64,000 bases of DNA, taken from contig CAKPDF010000001.1 of assembly GCA_934148535.1 (NCBI GenBank), forward strand, positions 27,025 through 91,024, given 5' to 3'. The stretch's first letter is position 1, and each line of letters starts with the position of its first letter. Under the pieces are notes generated by a model. The model was not told where the DNA came from and made no database searches. It saw nothing but the letters and a program-made list of their open reading frames with translations. The stretch comes from an uncultured Bacilli bacterium (GTDB lineage: Bacteria > Bacillota_I > Bacilli_A > RF39 > UBA660). Below, in pieces: positions 48,688 to 59,114 of the stretch. Made by a program: the position numbers and the translations under genes.

Positions 48688-49932
48688 TTAATCTAACTCA
48701 TCTATTATTTTCATGACGCTAATTCTTCCATAAGAATACATTAATCCACCTTGTTGATATGCAATAAATGGTGGTCTTATTGGACCGTCACAAGATAGTT
48801 CTATAGATGAACCTTGAACGAATGTTCCAGCAGCCATTATTACTTGATCTGTATATCCTGGCATATCCCATGGTATGGGTTTAACATTAGCATCTATTGG
48901 AGAAGTCTTTTGGATAGAACCACAATATTTTATTAATTTTTCTTTGTCGTTAAATACTATATTTTGTACTATATCTGCCCTAATATCGTTATATTTTGGT
49001 TCTACAGTAAATCCAAGACTTTTTAGCACATAACTTGTTAGTACTGCTGTTTTTAAAGCTGATGCTACTACTGATGGTGCAAAATATAGTCCTTGTAATA
49101 GTTGTTTATTCATTCCTAATGATGGTCCTACTTCCTTAGCTTCTCCTGGTACGTTTAATCTTTCGGCACATAATTTAATTAAATCAGCTTTTCCTGATAT
49201 ATATGCTCCATTTGAAGCTAATCCTGCTCCTAAATTTTTTATAAGGGAACCTACTATTAAATCAGCTCCTATTTCTATTGGTTCTTTTTTAGTAACAAAT
49301 TCACAGTAACAATTATCTATCATAATTATTATATTTTTATCTATTTCTTTTATAAATTTTATTACTTTTTCTAATTTATCTATATCTATACTTTTTCTTG
49401 TTGAATATCCTTTACTTCTTTGAATTTCTATTAATTTTATTTTTCTACTAGTTATAGTTTCTTTTATTTTCTCATAATCAAAATCATCATTTATTAAATC
49501 TATTTGTTGATATTTTATATTATATGACATTAGTGATGATGGATTTTCTTTAAGACCTATTACTTCATCTAATGTATCATATGGTTTCCCTGTTATTGAT
49601 AGCATTATATCTCCTGGCCTTAAGCAAGCAAATAAAGCTGTTGTTAGGGCATGGGTGCCAGAGATAAATTGACTTCTTACTAGGGAATCTTCGCTTTTAA
49701 ATATTTCGCTATAAATACTTTCTATTGTATCTCTTCCTATATCGTTATATCCATATCCTGTTGTCATATTAAAATGTATCTCTGACAGATTATTATTTAT
49801 AAATGCACTTAAAACTTTAGCGCTATTGTAATTACTTACATCTTCTATTTCTTTATAAACTTTTTCTAACTTTTTTTCTGCGTCTTCAACCATTTTTATT
49901 GATGATGGTTTTATATTTAAAGATTCAAACAT
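48688..49932 (-). CDS. aluminium-resistance / methionine gamma-lyase-like PLP enzyme family protein
   Basis: YGYNDIGRDTIESIY...SQFISGTHALTTALFACLRPGD pattern of the Met_gamma_lyase (aluminium resistance) family. Confidence 0.65.
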   Translation of the reverse strand: MFESLNIKPSSIKMVEDAEKKLEKVYKEIEDVSNYNSAKVLSAFINNNLSEIHFNMTTGYGYNDIGRDTIESIYSEIFKSEDSLVRSQFISGTHALTTALFACLRPGDIMLSITGKPYDTLDEVIGLKENPSSLMSYNIKYQQIDLINDDFDYEKIKETITSRKIKLIEIQRSKGYSTRKSIDIDKLEKVIKFIKEIDKNIIIMIDNCYCEFVTKKEPIEIGADLIVGSLIKNLGAGLASNGAYISGKADLIKLCAERLNVPGEAKEVGPSLGMNKQLLQGLYFAPSVVASALKTAVLTSYVLKSLGFTVEPKYNDIRADIVQNIVFNDKEKLIKYCGSIQKTSPIDANVKPIPWDMPGYTDQVIMAAGTFVQGSSIELSCDGPIRPPFIAYQQGGLMYSYGRISVMKIIDELD

Positions 49933-49934
49933 TT

Positions 49935-50204
49935 TTACCTTCCATTCTTAAAGTATAAATACGCTAAAAAGATTAGAGCTATTGCTAGTAGTATTTTTAT
50001 AAATTCATGATCTAGAAGACTTGCTATTATATATATTACTGCTGCTACTAAAGAAATTGGAGTTAAGTATGTTAAGGCAGTGTTTAAGAAATCTGTTAGA
50101 TATGGTATTGTTACGCTAAAATAATTTCCTGCTAGGACTAATATTATTAACATTATTTCTACTATTACTATTTTTTCACTCAAGAATTTAATTGTTTTTA
50201 TCAT
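49935..50204 (-). CDS. small membrane protein, translationally coupled to proS
   Basis: Start reassigned to the ATG at 50204, which overlaps the proS stop (TAATG). Two TM helices. Confidence 0.3.
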   Translation of the reverse strand: MIKTIKFLSEKIVIVEIMLIILVLAGNYFSVTIPYLTDFLNTALTYLTPISLVAAVIYIIASLLDHEFIKILLAIALIFLAYLYFKNGR

Positions 50205-51640
50205 TAGTATTGTACCCCCCAAACTACCATAGTTTTTGCTTCTTTTCCGCAGCAAACACATTTATCAGATAGATGTTCTTGATTATCATCAAAAGGTATA
50301 CATCTTGATTTTATTCCGTGAATTTCTTTTATTTTATTTTCACATTCTTCATCTCCACACCACATTGCTTTTATAAATCCTGGTTGAGTTTCAATGATTT
50401 TATTCATTTCTTCTAAATTAGTAGCTGTATATGTGAACTTATCTCTTCTTTCTTTTGCTTTATTATAGAGATTATTTTGTATCATTTCTAGAATTTGTTC
50501 TATTTTTTCTATTGTAACTTCATTTAAATTTACTTGGATTTTTTCAAATGTGTCTCTTCTTGCTAGTGTTACTTTATTTTGTTCTAGATCTCTAGCTCCT
50601 ACTTCTATTCTTAGTGGTATTCCATTTACTTCTGCTTCTGCAAATTTAAATCCTGGTGATTTTTCTGAGTTATCTATGTATATTTTAAATTTATCTTTTA
50701 GGGTATTATATATGTTATCACAGGCATTTGTTACTTCTTCATTATTTCCTATTGGAATTATTACAATTTGTCTTGGCGCTATTTTTGGTGGCAATACCAA
50801 TCCTTGATCATCAGAATGAACCATTATTAAGGCACCTATCATTCTAGTTGTAGCTCCCCATGATGTTTGATAGCAATATTCTAATTCATTATTTCTATTT
50901 GCAAATTTTATGTCATATGCTTTTGCAAATTTTTGACCAAAATAGTGGCTTGTTGCTGATTGTAAGCAAACTCCATTATACATTTGTGCTTCTATGGTAT
51001 AAGTATATTCTGCTCCGGCAAATTTTTCTTTTTCAGTTTTTTTACCTATTATTGTAGGAATTGCAAGATAATCGTTAAATAATTTATTATAGATATCTAA
51101 CATTTGTCTTGTTTCAGTTTCTGCTTCAGCACTTGTTTCATGTACTGTGTGTCCTTCTTGCCATAAAAATTCACGACTTCTTAGAAATGGTCTTGTTTCT
51201 TTTTCCCATCTTAATACACTGCACCATTGATTATATTTTTTTGGTAAATCTCTATATGATTTTACTACATTGCTATAGTAATCACTAAATAGTGTTTCAG
51301 AAGTTGGTCTTATACATAATCTTTCTTCTAGTTTCTTTTGGCCACCTTCTGTTACCCATGCTACTTCTGGAGCGAATCCTTCTACTAATTCTCCTTCTTT
51401 TTTTAGTAAGTTTTCTGGAATTAGCATTGGCATTGCTACATTTTGATGTCCTGTTTCTTTAAACTTTTTATCAAGAATACTTTGCATATTTTCCCAAATT
51501 GCATATCCATTTGGTTCTATGTTTATGCACCCTTTTACATTTGAATATGTTGCTAAATGGGCTGCCATTACTACATCTGTATACCATTTTGCAAAATCTT
51601 CATTTCTTGGTGTTATTGCTTTGTTTTTCATTTTCATCAC
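50204..51640 (-). CDS. proS: proline--tRNA ligase (archaeal/eukaryote-like class II type)
   Basis: ~475 aa ProRS with a C-terminal zinc-binding tail (CIPFDDNQEHLSDKCVCCGK). Confidence 0.9.
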   Translation of the reverse strand: MMKMKNKAITPRNEDFAKWYTDVVMAAHLATYSNVKGCINIEPNGYAIWENMQSILDKKFKETGHQNVAMPMLIPENLLKKEGELVEGFAPEVAWVTEGGQKKLEERLCIRPTSETLFSDYYSNVVKSYRDLPKKYNQWCSVLRWEKETRPFLRSREFLWQEGHTVHETSAEAETETRQMLDIYNKLFNDYLAIPTIIGKKTEKEKFAGAEYTYTIEAQMYNGVCLQSATSHYFGQKFAKAYDIKFANRNNELEYCYQTSWGATTRMIGALIMVHSDDQGLVLPPKIAPRQIVIIPIGNNEEVTNACDNIYNTLKDKFKIYIDNSEKSPGFKFAEAEVNGIPLRIEVGARDLEQNKVTLARRDTFEKIQVNLNEVTIEKIEQILEMIQNNLYNKAKERRDKFTYTATNLEEMNKIIETQPGFIKAMWCGDEECENKIKEIHGIKSRCIPFDDNQEHLSDKCVCCGKEAKTMVVWGVQY

Positions 51641-51701
51641 ACTTTCTTTCTTTGATTATTTTACTATTTTTTAAGGTTTTGTCAACTATATTACTTATTA
51701 T

Positions 51702-52646
51702 CTAGTTTATAAATATATCCAAAATTTCTTTTATTAAATTACTTTCTTCTGTAAATCTATTTTTGATTTCTTCATATGTTTCTTTCTTTAAATAATAGGG
51801 TTTAAATAAAAGTCTATATGTCTTTACTCCTATATATATTTTGTTATTTATTATTGCTATTATGATTTTTCTATAGCCCTTAGGGCCTTGATTTAAGATT
51901 GGATTTTCTAATTTTTCTTCTAATTTGATAATTTTATATAATAACTCTATTCCTACTTCTTTGGTTATTTTTTGAGGATTTTCTAAATAAAAATCATATT
52001 TTTCATCAAAGTATTCATTATTAGTTTTTGATTTTACATACTTACTTCTAGGAAGAGTTATTCCTATATTTTTAGAGGTTATTACTATTTTTGGTAAATT
52101 TGTTTCATAATCTATTGCAATATAAAATCCTTTTGTAATTTCTCTTCTTATCATTTTTAATGTTATATTTTTGAAACAAAAATTATGTTGTTTATATTCT
52201 CCTTCTATTTTTATGTTATTGGTTGCTCGCTCATTATATAAAAGGATTCCAGAACTATCATATAAACATAAAATTTTTGATAGGAATTTATCTTTACTTT
52301 TATTATAGTCATATTTTAAGTTCTTAAATTTTTGAGTTTTTATTGCTGGAGTTATTAGATTTTTATTAATATAATTATTAAATATTATATTTGTTTTGGG
52401 AAGCGATATTTTAAAAACATCATAAAAGAGAAAAATTGCTGAAACCGGAATTAATGATATTAAAATAAATAATGCTATAACCTCTTTAATTTTAAATTGG
52501 ATGGTTGCACCATATGACCAATAGTATAAAGTTACTATAAGGAATGCTGCAAAAAGCAGTGTTATCATTATACCTATTAATATAAAAATATCTTGGATGA
52601 TTGCTCTTCTTTTTAAGATTTGAAACTGTTTTTCTTTTTCGTCCAT
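51702..52646 (-). CDS. hypothetical membrane protein
   Basis: Two N-terminal TM helices. No confident family. Confidence 0.3.
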   Translation of the reverse strand: MDEKEKQFQILKRRAIIQDIFILIGIMITLLFAAFLIVTLYYWSYGATIQFKIKEVIALFILISLIPVSAIFLFYDVFKISLPKTNIIFNNYINKNLITPAIKTQKFKNLKYDYNKSKDKFLSKILCLYDSSGILLYNERATNNIKIEGEYKQHNFCFKNITLKMIRREITKGFYIAIDYETNLPKIVITSKNIGITLPRSKYVKSKTNNEYFDEKYDFYLENPQKITKEVGIELLYKIIKLEEKLENPILNQGPKGYRKIIIAIINNKIYIGVKTYRLLFKPYYLKKETYEEIKNRFTEESNLIKEILDIFIN

Positions 52647-52651
52647 TATTA

Positions 52652-53386
52652 TTAGACTCCACCATCAACTCTAATAATAGTACCGTTTATGTAACTAGCA
52701 TTACTGCTTGATAAGAAATATATTACTTTTGCTATTTCTTCTGGTTCAGCAAATCTTTTTAATGATATTTTTTGTTCTTCTTCTTTTTTGAAATCTTCAC
52801 TTAAATATTTATTCATAGGAGTATTTACCCATCCGGGGCATATTGCATTTACTCTTATATATGGGGCATACTCTTTTGCTAAATTTTTTGTTAGTGATAA
52901 TACTGCTGCTTTAGATGCATCATAATCTAGGCTTTCTATATATGGTGTATCTATACCGTTAGTTGATGATATATTTATTATATTTCCACTTTTTTGATTC
53001 TTCATATATGGGTATACATACTTACACATTAAAAATGTTCCTACTGTATTTACATCCAATATTTTTAAGAAGTTTTCTTTATTTTTATCTTCATAGGTTG
53101 TATCTATAGATAGTCCAGCATTATTTATAAGTACATCTATTCTGCCAAATTTTTCTATGCTTTTTGTAACACATTCTTTTATACTTTTTTCATCAGATAA
53201 ATCTAGATGTAATACTAGTGTTTCTACTTTGTACTTTTCTTTTATTTGATTTTCTAAAAATTTTGCTCTTTCTAATCCAGTATTATATGTAATTATTATA
53301 TTATCATTATTTTTTGCATACTCTAATGCAGTACTTTTACCTATTCCAGAAGATGCTCCTGTTATTAGTATTACTTTATTCATCAT
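52652..53386 (-). CDS. SDR-family oxidoreductase
   Basis: TGASSGIGKSTA (NAD(P)-binding) and YDASKAAV (YxxxK) motifs. Confidence 0.8.
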   Translation of the reverse strand: MMNKVILITGASSGIGKSTALEYAKNNDNIIITYNTGLERAKFLENQIKEKYKVETLVLHLDLSDEKSIKECVTKSIEKFGRIDVLINNAGLSIDTTYEDKNKENFLKILDVNTVGTFLMCKYVYPYMKNQKSGNIINISSTNGIDTPYIESLDYDASKAAVLSLTKNLAKEYAPYIRVNAICPGWVNTPMNKYLSEDFKKEEEQKISLKRFAEPEEIAKVIYFLSSSNASYINGTIIRVDGGV

Positions 53387-53753
53387 ATTTCTCCTTTATA
53401 TATTTTAAGTAATTATTATAAACTTCTTTATTTAATAACACATGACTATATTTGGGTTCGGTCATATCACATAGATAATCATTATTATTTATAGTTACTA
53501 TACAGAAATAATGATTATTAATATTTTTCTTAATTGTATCTAGATTGTGGGAAAAGCATATTTCTGAAAATAATGCAGTTAATTCTTTGGAAATATTATC
53601 ATCTAATTTTGGTTTATATGTTGTTATCATTTTTGCTTTGTATGTAACATAATTAAAAAATAATTCTAATTCTTCTTTAGTTAAAATTTGTCCATTAATT
53701 ATTTTAGTTTTTAATTCATTGGATATAAAATTAACTTTTTCCATCTTTCTCAC
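53376..53753 (-). CDS. hypothetical protein
   Basis: 125 aa with no motif. Confidence 0.3.
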   Translation of the reverse strand: MRKMEKVNFISNELKTKIINGQILTKEELELFFNYVTYKAKMITTYKPKLDDNISKELTALFSEICFSHNLDTIKKNINNHYFCIVTINNNDYLCDMTEPKYSHVLLNKEVYNNYLKYIKEKYDE

Positions 53754-55139
53754 CTACTCGATCCCTTTAGCATTATTAACAATTCTCTTTATTTCTTCAT
53801 CTTCTAATTTAGGTGTCCTTATTCTTATGTCATTATAATTTATAAGTCCCGGTAATTTATTCAAGTCATTTTTATAATTAACGTAGTCGGTTGGTACTGA
53901 ACCATAGAAGTATATTTTATTTTTTATTACACTGTATATTTTATCTAATAATGGTGATTTATTTGTAATTGATGTAGAGATAATTGTGTGAATATTTACT
54001 TTATTTCCATATAGTAAAATTGGTTCTAGAAGTTCCCAAATTTCATTATCACTAGCATTTATATCAAATATTTCATCTATTATTACTATTAAAGGTTCGT
54101 GTTCTTCATCTTTATCTTTTCTTAGTTTTATTTCTTCATTGATACTCATTAGGTAATCTAATACTAATTCTGGATTATTTAATAATGGTAAAACTAAATG
54201 TGGTAATTTTTCATATATATCCAATCCAGTTTGGCGTTTGTCTATTAGGATAAAGCTTAATTCATCTGGTTTATACTCTAACAAACAGTTATTTATTATT
54301 ACATTTAAAAGATTGGTTTTTCCAGTTCCTACATCCCCTAAAAGTAATAATGGTGATGACTCTGTTAAACTTATTTTTACCAAATTTTGTTCTTCATCTT
54401 CTCCTAATGGAATTTCTAATTTTTTATTCTTATTACATTTACAATTTATTAAAGTATATGGATGACATTTTTTTAATGGGATTTTAATATATATAATATT
54501 GCTTTCTGTTGTAGATATTTCTATTTCTACTTTTGTACCTAATTTTAATTCCAAATCTTTTTGCAATTCTAAAATATCATCTATTTTTGTTCCACTGGTA
54601 ATTTGATATCTATATGTTAATAACCAACTATTTTGATATTGAGATTTGTACTTTACTTTTAATTTAAAACTTTTGAAAAAACTATTTATTTTATTTTCGT
54701 AATGCTCTTTGTTTATCTTTTCGTCATGAGTATTTAATAGTGTTTTAGGTGGTACTTTATAATCTTTATATATAACTTTATTTCTTTCTATATTTTCTTT
54801 TAATGATAATTTATAATCATAATCTTTTATATTTAAGTAGAATATAAATAACCAAAACAATATAGTACAACAAGTTGACATGATTATATTATATATATTT
54901 ATATTTTTTTCAAAGAAACTTAAATATATGAAAATTACACTTGCTAAAAGCAATATTTCAGATGGTGTATTTATTTCTATATTACACTTTTTTCCTAGTA
55001 TTTTTGGTACACTAAAGAAACATAACATTAAAAATATAGCACCTATACTTATATATGCCCCCATTAAATCTCCATAAATTATTCCCATTAAAAATATCAT
55101 GAAACTTACTACTCCTAATATATTTTTTAATATTCTCAT
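53754..55139 (-). CDS. short FtsK/SpoIIIE-family membrane ATPase
   Basis: N-terminal TM helices. LLLLGDVGTGKTNLLNVIINNCLLEYKPDELSFILIDKRQTGLDIYEKLPHLV fits the FtsK motor pattern (PHLL.AG.TGSGKS....LIDPK..EL..Y..IPHLL), followed by VIIDEIFD. It is only 461 aa and lacks a gamma domain. Confidence 0.45.
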   Translation of the reverse strand: MRILKNILGVVSFMIFLMGIIYGDLMGAYISIGAIFLMLCFFSVPKILGKKCNIEINTPSEILLLASVIFIYLSFFEKNINIYNIIMSTCCTILFWLFIFYLNIKDYDYKLSLKENIERNKVIYKDYKVPPKTLLNTHDEKINKEHYENKINSFFKSFKLKVKYKSQYQNSWLLTYRYQITSGTKIDDILELQKDLELKLGTKVEIEISTTESNIIYIKIPLKKCHPYTLINCKCNKNKKLEIPLGEDEEQNLVKISLTESSPLLLLGDVGTGKTNLLNVIINNCLLEYKPDELSFILIDKRQTGLDIYEKLPHLVLPLLNNPELVLDYLMSINEEIKLRKDKDEEHEPLIVIIDEIFDINASDNEIWELLEPILLYGNKVNIHTIISTSITNKSPLLDKIYSVIKNKIYFYGSVPTDYVNYKNDLNKLPGLINYNDIRIRTPKLEDEEIKRIVNNAKGIE

Positions 55140-55237
55140 TTTTACACCTCTTTTTATATCATAATTATATCATAATTAATAAATAATTCTAAAAAAAACT
55201 ATAAACTTTACATTTTATAGTTTTTTCTATGTCTAAA

Positions 55238-55864
55238 TTATTTCTTTATTGGTTGTTGTTTTGTTAAACGTCTTTGCAAACGACCATGTTGGGGTGTTGT
55301 ACTTAAAGCATTATCTAATGTTAAATTTATATCTGATTGAATTTCTGAGATTGCTTTTTCTTCAGTCATTCCACTTTGTTTCTTCATTCTATATCTTAAT
55401 AATGCTGGTGTTAATATTGAATTTACATATTCTGTATAATCTTTATCACTTGTAAAGTATGATGATAAATTAAACAATTTTTGAGTTATTTCTTCATTTA
55501 AAATCAATTTATTTAATCTTACTATTTTATCATATGTCTTATTTCTTACTAGTCTTATATAATTATCCATACTCTCCTGTGATAATTCTGACATATTTTT
55601 AGGTTGCTTATCAAATATTACCGCGATTGATAATATGTCGTCCACAAGTAAATCTTGTGTGATGGCATTTTCATTTCTTACTATGTATGAAACACTATAA
55701 TCTACAAAGTTAAATGCTTTCAAGGCTTCTCCTTTTGTTATGATTGATTTAAATGAAATTAACTTTGTTTTTGCTACCTCATCATTTGACTGATAATTTG
55801 GATACTTATTTTTTACAACCTCCATTATTGTTTTTATTGCAAGATTTCTTTCTTGTCTTTCCAT
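55238..55864 (-). CDS. hypothetical protein
   Basis: Start at the MERQERN Met with a strong GGGAGGAAAA RBS. No family call. Confidence 0.35.
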   Translation of the reverse strand: MERQERNLAIKTIMEVVKNKYPNYQSNDEVAKTKLISFKSIITKGEALKAFNFVDYSVSYIVRNENAITQDLLVDDILSIAVIFDKQPKNMSELSQESMDNYIRLVRNKTYDKIVRLNKLILNEEITQKLFNLSSYFTSDKDYTEYVNSILTPALLRYRMKKQSGMTEEKAISEIQSDINLTLDNALSTTPQHGRLQRRLTKQQPIKK

Positions 55865-56060
55865 TTGATTTTCCTCCCGTTCGCAATAAAAAAGCACTAA
55901 ACCACAACAGTGACTTCGTGCATTTTAATGCTCGTGTAGGTTTCCCCAGCATAGCTCACCATAATAGGCTTATATGCTCTCACAGTTTTATTGTATTCAT
56001 TAATAATTAAATAGTTACTAATAAATGCCTTTTTATTTTAATTTTTTATATACATATTAA

Positions 56061-56137
56061 TGGGACGGATGGTGGGAATCGAACCCACGTATGTTGGAAC
56101 CACAATCCAATGTGTTAACCACTTCACCACATCCGCC
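56061..56137 (-). tRNA. tRNA-His (anticodon GTG)
   Basis: Anticodon stem-loop TTGGA-TTGTGGT-TCCAA. Encoded G-1 pairs with discriminator C73 (GGCGGATG...CATCCGTCCCA), a His-specific hallmark. Confidence 0.85.
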
Positions 56138-56198
56138 ATAAATACGTAATATAATATATCATATTTTCTTTAACTTGACAATACTTTTTTTGATTTTT

Positions 56199-58406
56199 TT
56201 ATAATCTATTTGGATTTATATCTATTTCTACATTACATTTACTATCAGTTTTATACCTATTATCTATATCAATTAATGTTTGTCTTAAGTTTTTATCACT
56301 CTTATATTTTATTATACATTGATAATGATAAACATTATTAATTTTAAATGGATTAGCCAAGGATGGTCCTAAAACAAAACTATTTTTATCTAATTTATTT
56401 CTTAGGTAATCTCCTATTTTTCTTGATTCTGCAAAACCATAATCATAATCTTTGCATTTTATACTTATTAATATTATAAAATAATATGGGCTATAATTTA
56501 ATTGCTTTCTTATTTTCATTTCTTCTTTATAAAATTCTAAATAATTATGTGTTTTAGCAAGAGTTATACTATAATGAGTATTATTGTATGTTTGAATTAT
56601 TACTTCTCCAGGATAATCATTTCTACCTGCTCTTCCTGATACTTGACACAATAATTGGAATGTTCTTTCTGAACTTCTGAAATCTGGGATATTTAAGCTT
56701 GCATCTGCATTTATTACTCCTACTAATGTTACTAATGGAAAATCTAATCCTTTTGCAATCATTTGGGTACCTACCAAAATATCATATTCATAATTAGCAA
56801 ATTTATTAATAATTTTTTCGTGGGCTCCTTTTTTAGAAGTGGTATCCATGTCCATTCTAACTATTCTAGCATTTTCATACACCTTTGATAATTCTTCTTC
56901 TAATTTTTGAGTTCCCAATCCAAAATCTTTTAATTCTTTACTGTGGCAGTTTGAACATTCATTTTTTCTTTTGATAGCATATCCACAATAATGACATCTT
57001 AACATATCACTTGTTTTATGATAGGTTAGACTTATGTCACATCTTGGACATTTTTCTACATTTCCACATTTTGAGCAGGTTAACATTGATGAGTATCCTC
57101 TTCTATTTAAGAGTAATATTATTTGTTCGTGTTTATCTAATTTTTCTTGGATTTTATCTTTTAAACTTTGAGATAGTATAAAGTTTCCTTTTTTTAATTC
57201 TTGCTTCATGTCTATTATATCTACATTTGGCAAGGTACTGTGGCCTGCTCTTTTAGTTAGTGTTAATAATTCATAAACATGGTTACCTGCCCTGGCAAAA
57301 CTTTCTAGGCTTGGGGTAGCACTGCCTAATACTACAGGGCAATTATGATATTTGCTTCTTAACATAGCTATATCTTTAGCATCATATCTAGGATGATTGT
57401 CTTGTTTGTATGTTGTTATGTGCTCTTCATCTATTATTATTACTCCTATATTTTTAAGAGGGGCAAAAATAGCACTTCTTGCTCCTACTACTATTTTTAC
57501 TAAGCCATTTTTTATTTTACGATATTCATCATACTTTTCTGCATCATTTAATCCTGAATGCAGTACCGCAATATTATTACCAAATCTTGAGACAAATCTT
57601 TCAACTATTTGTGGTGTTAAACTTATTTCTGGTACTAACATTATAGCAGTTTTACCTTGATTTAAAGCCTCTTTTATTATATGCATATATACTTCTGTTT
57701 TTCCACTACCTGTTATTCCATATAAAAGAAATGTTTTTGAGGTATCAAATGAGGCAACTACTTTTTTAAAAGCATTAGTTTGTTCTTCATTTAATGTAAC
57801 TTGAATATCTTCTTTTTGGCAGTTTAGATTATATCTATATTTTTCTTTTTCTTCTATTTTTATTATTTCTTTTTTTAGTAATGTTTTTATGGAACTGTCT
57901 TGTTTTGTGATTAGTATTTCTTTTTGTTCTAATAGTTTGTTTAATAAATTAACTTGATTTTCATATTTACATTTTTTTATGTATTCTAATACTTCATCTA
58001 TATCTTTATTTAAAGTTACATACTTATCTGTTTTTATTTTTATTTCAGTGTTATGACTTGCTTTTAATGCTTTAGGTAACATTGCTTGATAGGCTGAAAT
58101 TAGAGAACAAAGAAGATTATTAGCCATAGTGCGACCTAATGATAACATTTCTTCATTTAAGATTGGTTCTTCATCTATTAAATCAATAATTGGCTTTATA
58201 TCTAAATCAACTTGAGTACTGTTTTCTAATTCTAATACAAATCCTTCTAGAGTTTGGTAGCCAAAGGATACTAATACTCTAGATCCTATTTTTATTTTTT
58301 CTTGAAATTTTGGAGGCACTAAATATGTAAACATTTTATCTACATTTTTTACTCCTATTTCCACTATGACTTTTGCATACATATTTTTACTCCTTTCTAT
58401 AGGCAT
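56199..58406 (-). CDS. priA: primosomal protein N' (PriA helicase)
   Basis: Walker A GITGSGKTEVY, DExH box IIIDEEH, and zinc-binding CxxC clusters. Confidence 0.9.
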   Translation of the reverse strand: MPIERSKNMYAKVIVEIGVKNVDKMFTYLVPPKFQEKIKIGSRVLVSFGYQTLEGFVLELENSTQVDLDIKPIIDLIDEEPILNEEMLSLGRTMANNLLCSLISAYQAMLPKALKASHNTEIKIKTDKYVTLNKDIDEVLEYIKKCKYENQVNLLNKLLEQKEILITKQDSSIKTLLKKEIIKIEEKEKYRYNLNCQKEDIQVTLNEEQTNAFKKVVASFDTSKTFLLYGITGSGKTEVYMHIIKEALNQGKTAIMLVPEISLTPQIVERFVSRFGNNIAVLHSGLNDAEKYDEYRKIKNGLVKIVVGARSAIFAPLKNIGVIIIDEEHITTYKQDNHPRYDAKDIAMLRSKYHNCPVVLGSATPSLESFARAGNHVYELLTLTKRAGHSTLPNVDIIDMKQELKKGNFILSQSLKDKIQEKLDKHEQIILLLNRRGYSSMLTCSKCGNVEKCPRCDISLTYHKTSDMLRCHYCGYAIKRKNECSNCHSKELKDFGLGTQKLEEELSKVYENARIVRMDMDTTSKKGAHEKIINKFANYEYDILVGTQMIAKGLDFPLVTLVGVINADASLNIPDFRSSERTFQLLCQVSGRAGRNDYPGEVIIQTYNNTHYSITLAKTHNYLEFYKEEMKIRKQLNYSPYYFIILISIKCKDYDYGFAESRKIGDYLRNKLDKNSFVLGPSLANPFKINNVYHYQCIIKYKSDKNLRQTLIDIDNRYKTDSKCNVEIDINPNRL

Positions 58407-59077
58407 TTATTTTCAAAATAACTAAAATAGTTATTATTTCCAATTATTAAATGATCTAATAATGGTATTGCATGGAGGATACCTATTTTTTTAATATTCT
58501 CTGTCAATTTATTATCTTCTTTACTTGGAGTAGCATCGCCAGTTGGATGGTTATGAATACAGATAAAACATGATGCTGATAATAAATATGCTTCTTTAAA
58601 GATTTCTCTAGGATGAGATAGAGAACTATCTAAGGTACCAATAAATAATTGCTTTATTCCCAATACTTTTTTCTTATTATCAAGATAAATTACATAAAAT
58701 TGTTCTTGTTTAATATCTTTGAATAGATAGTTAAAGTGTCTTATTATGTTTTCTGGATTGGTACATGATATCATTTCTTCATATGTTACATCTTCAAATA
58801 TTCTACGCCCTAATTCTACTATTGCCTTTAGTTCTATTGCTTTTACTTCGCCTATTCCGTTTATCTTCTTTAAGGAATTTATTTCTAAATTTTTTAAGTT
58901 TTTAATATCTTGTATTGTTGATAATAGATTATAGGAAACTTCTTTCACTGATTCGTTTTTTGTACCTGTTTTTAATATTATTGAAAGTAATTCTTCGTTT
59001 GAGAGATTTTTTTCACCATATTTAACTAATCTTTCTCTTGGCCTTTCTGAAGTTGGCAAAGATTTTAATTTTACCAT
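58397..59077 (-). CDS. radC: DNA repair protein RadC (JAB/MPN domain)
   Basis: HNHPTGDATPSKED JAMM motif. Confidence 0.85.
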   Translation of the reverse strand: MVKLKSLPTSERPRERLVKYGEKNLSNEELLSIILKTGTKNESVKEVSYNLLSTIQDIKNLKNLEINSLKKINGIGEVKAIELKAIVELGRRIFEDVTYEEMISCTNPENIIRHFNYLFKDIKQEQFYVIYLDNKKKVLGIKQLFIGTLDSSLSHPREIFKEAYLLSASCFICIHNHPTGDATPSKEDNKLTENIKKIGILHAIPLLDHLIIGNNNYFSYFENKCL

Positions 59078-59114
59078 ATTATTCCCCCTTTTGTTTTTTT
59101 CTTTTGAAAAAAGA

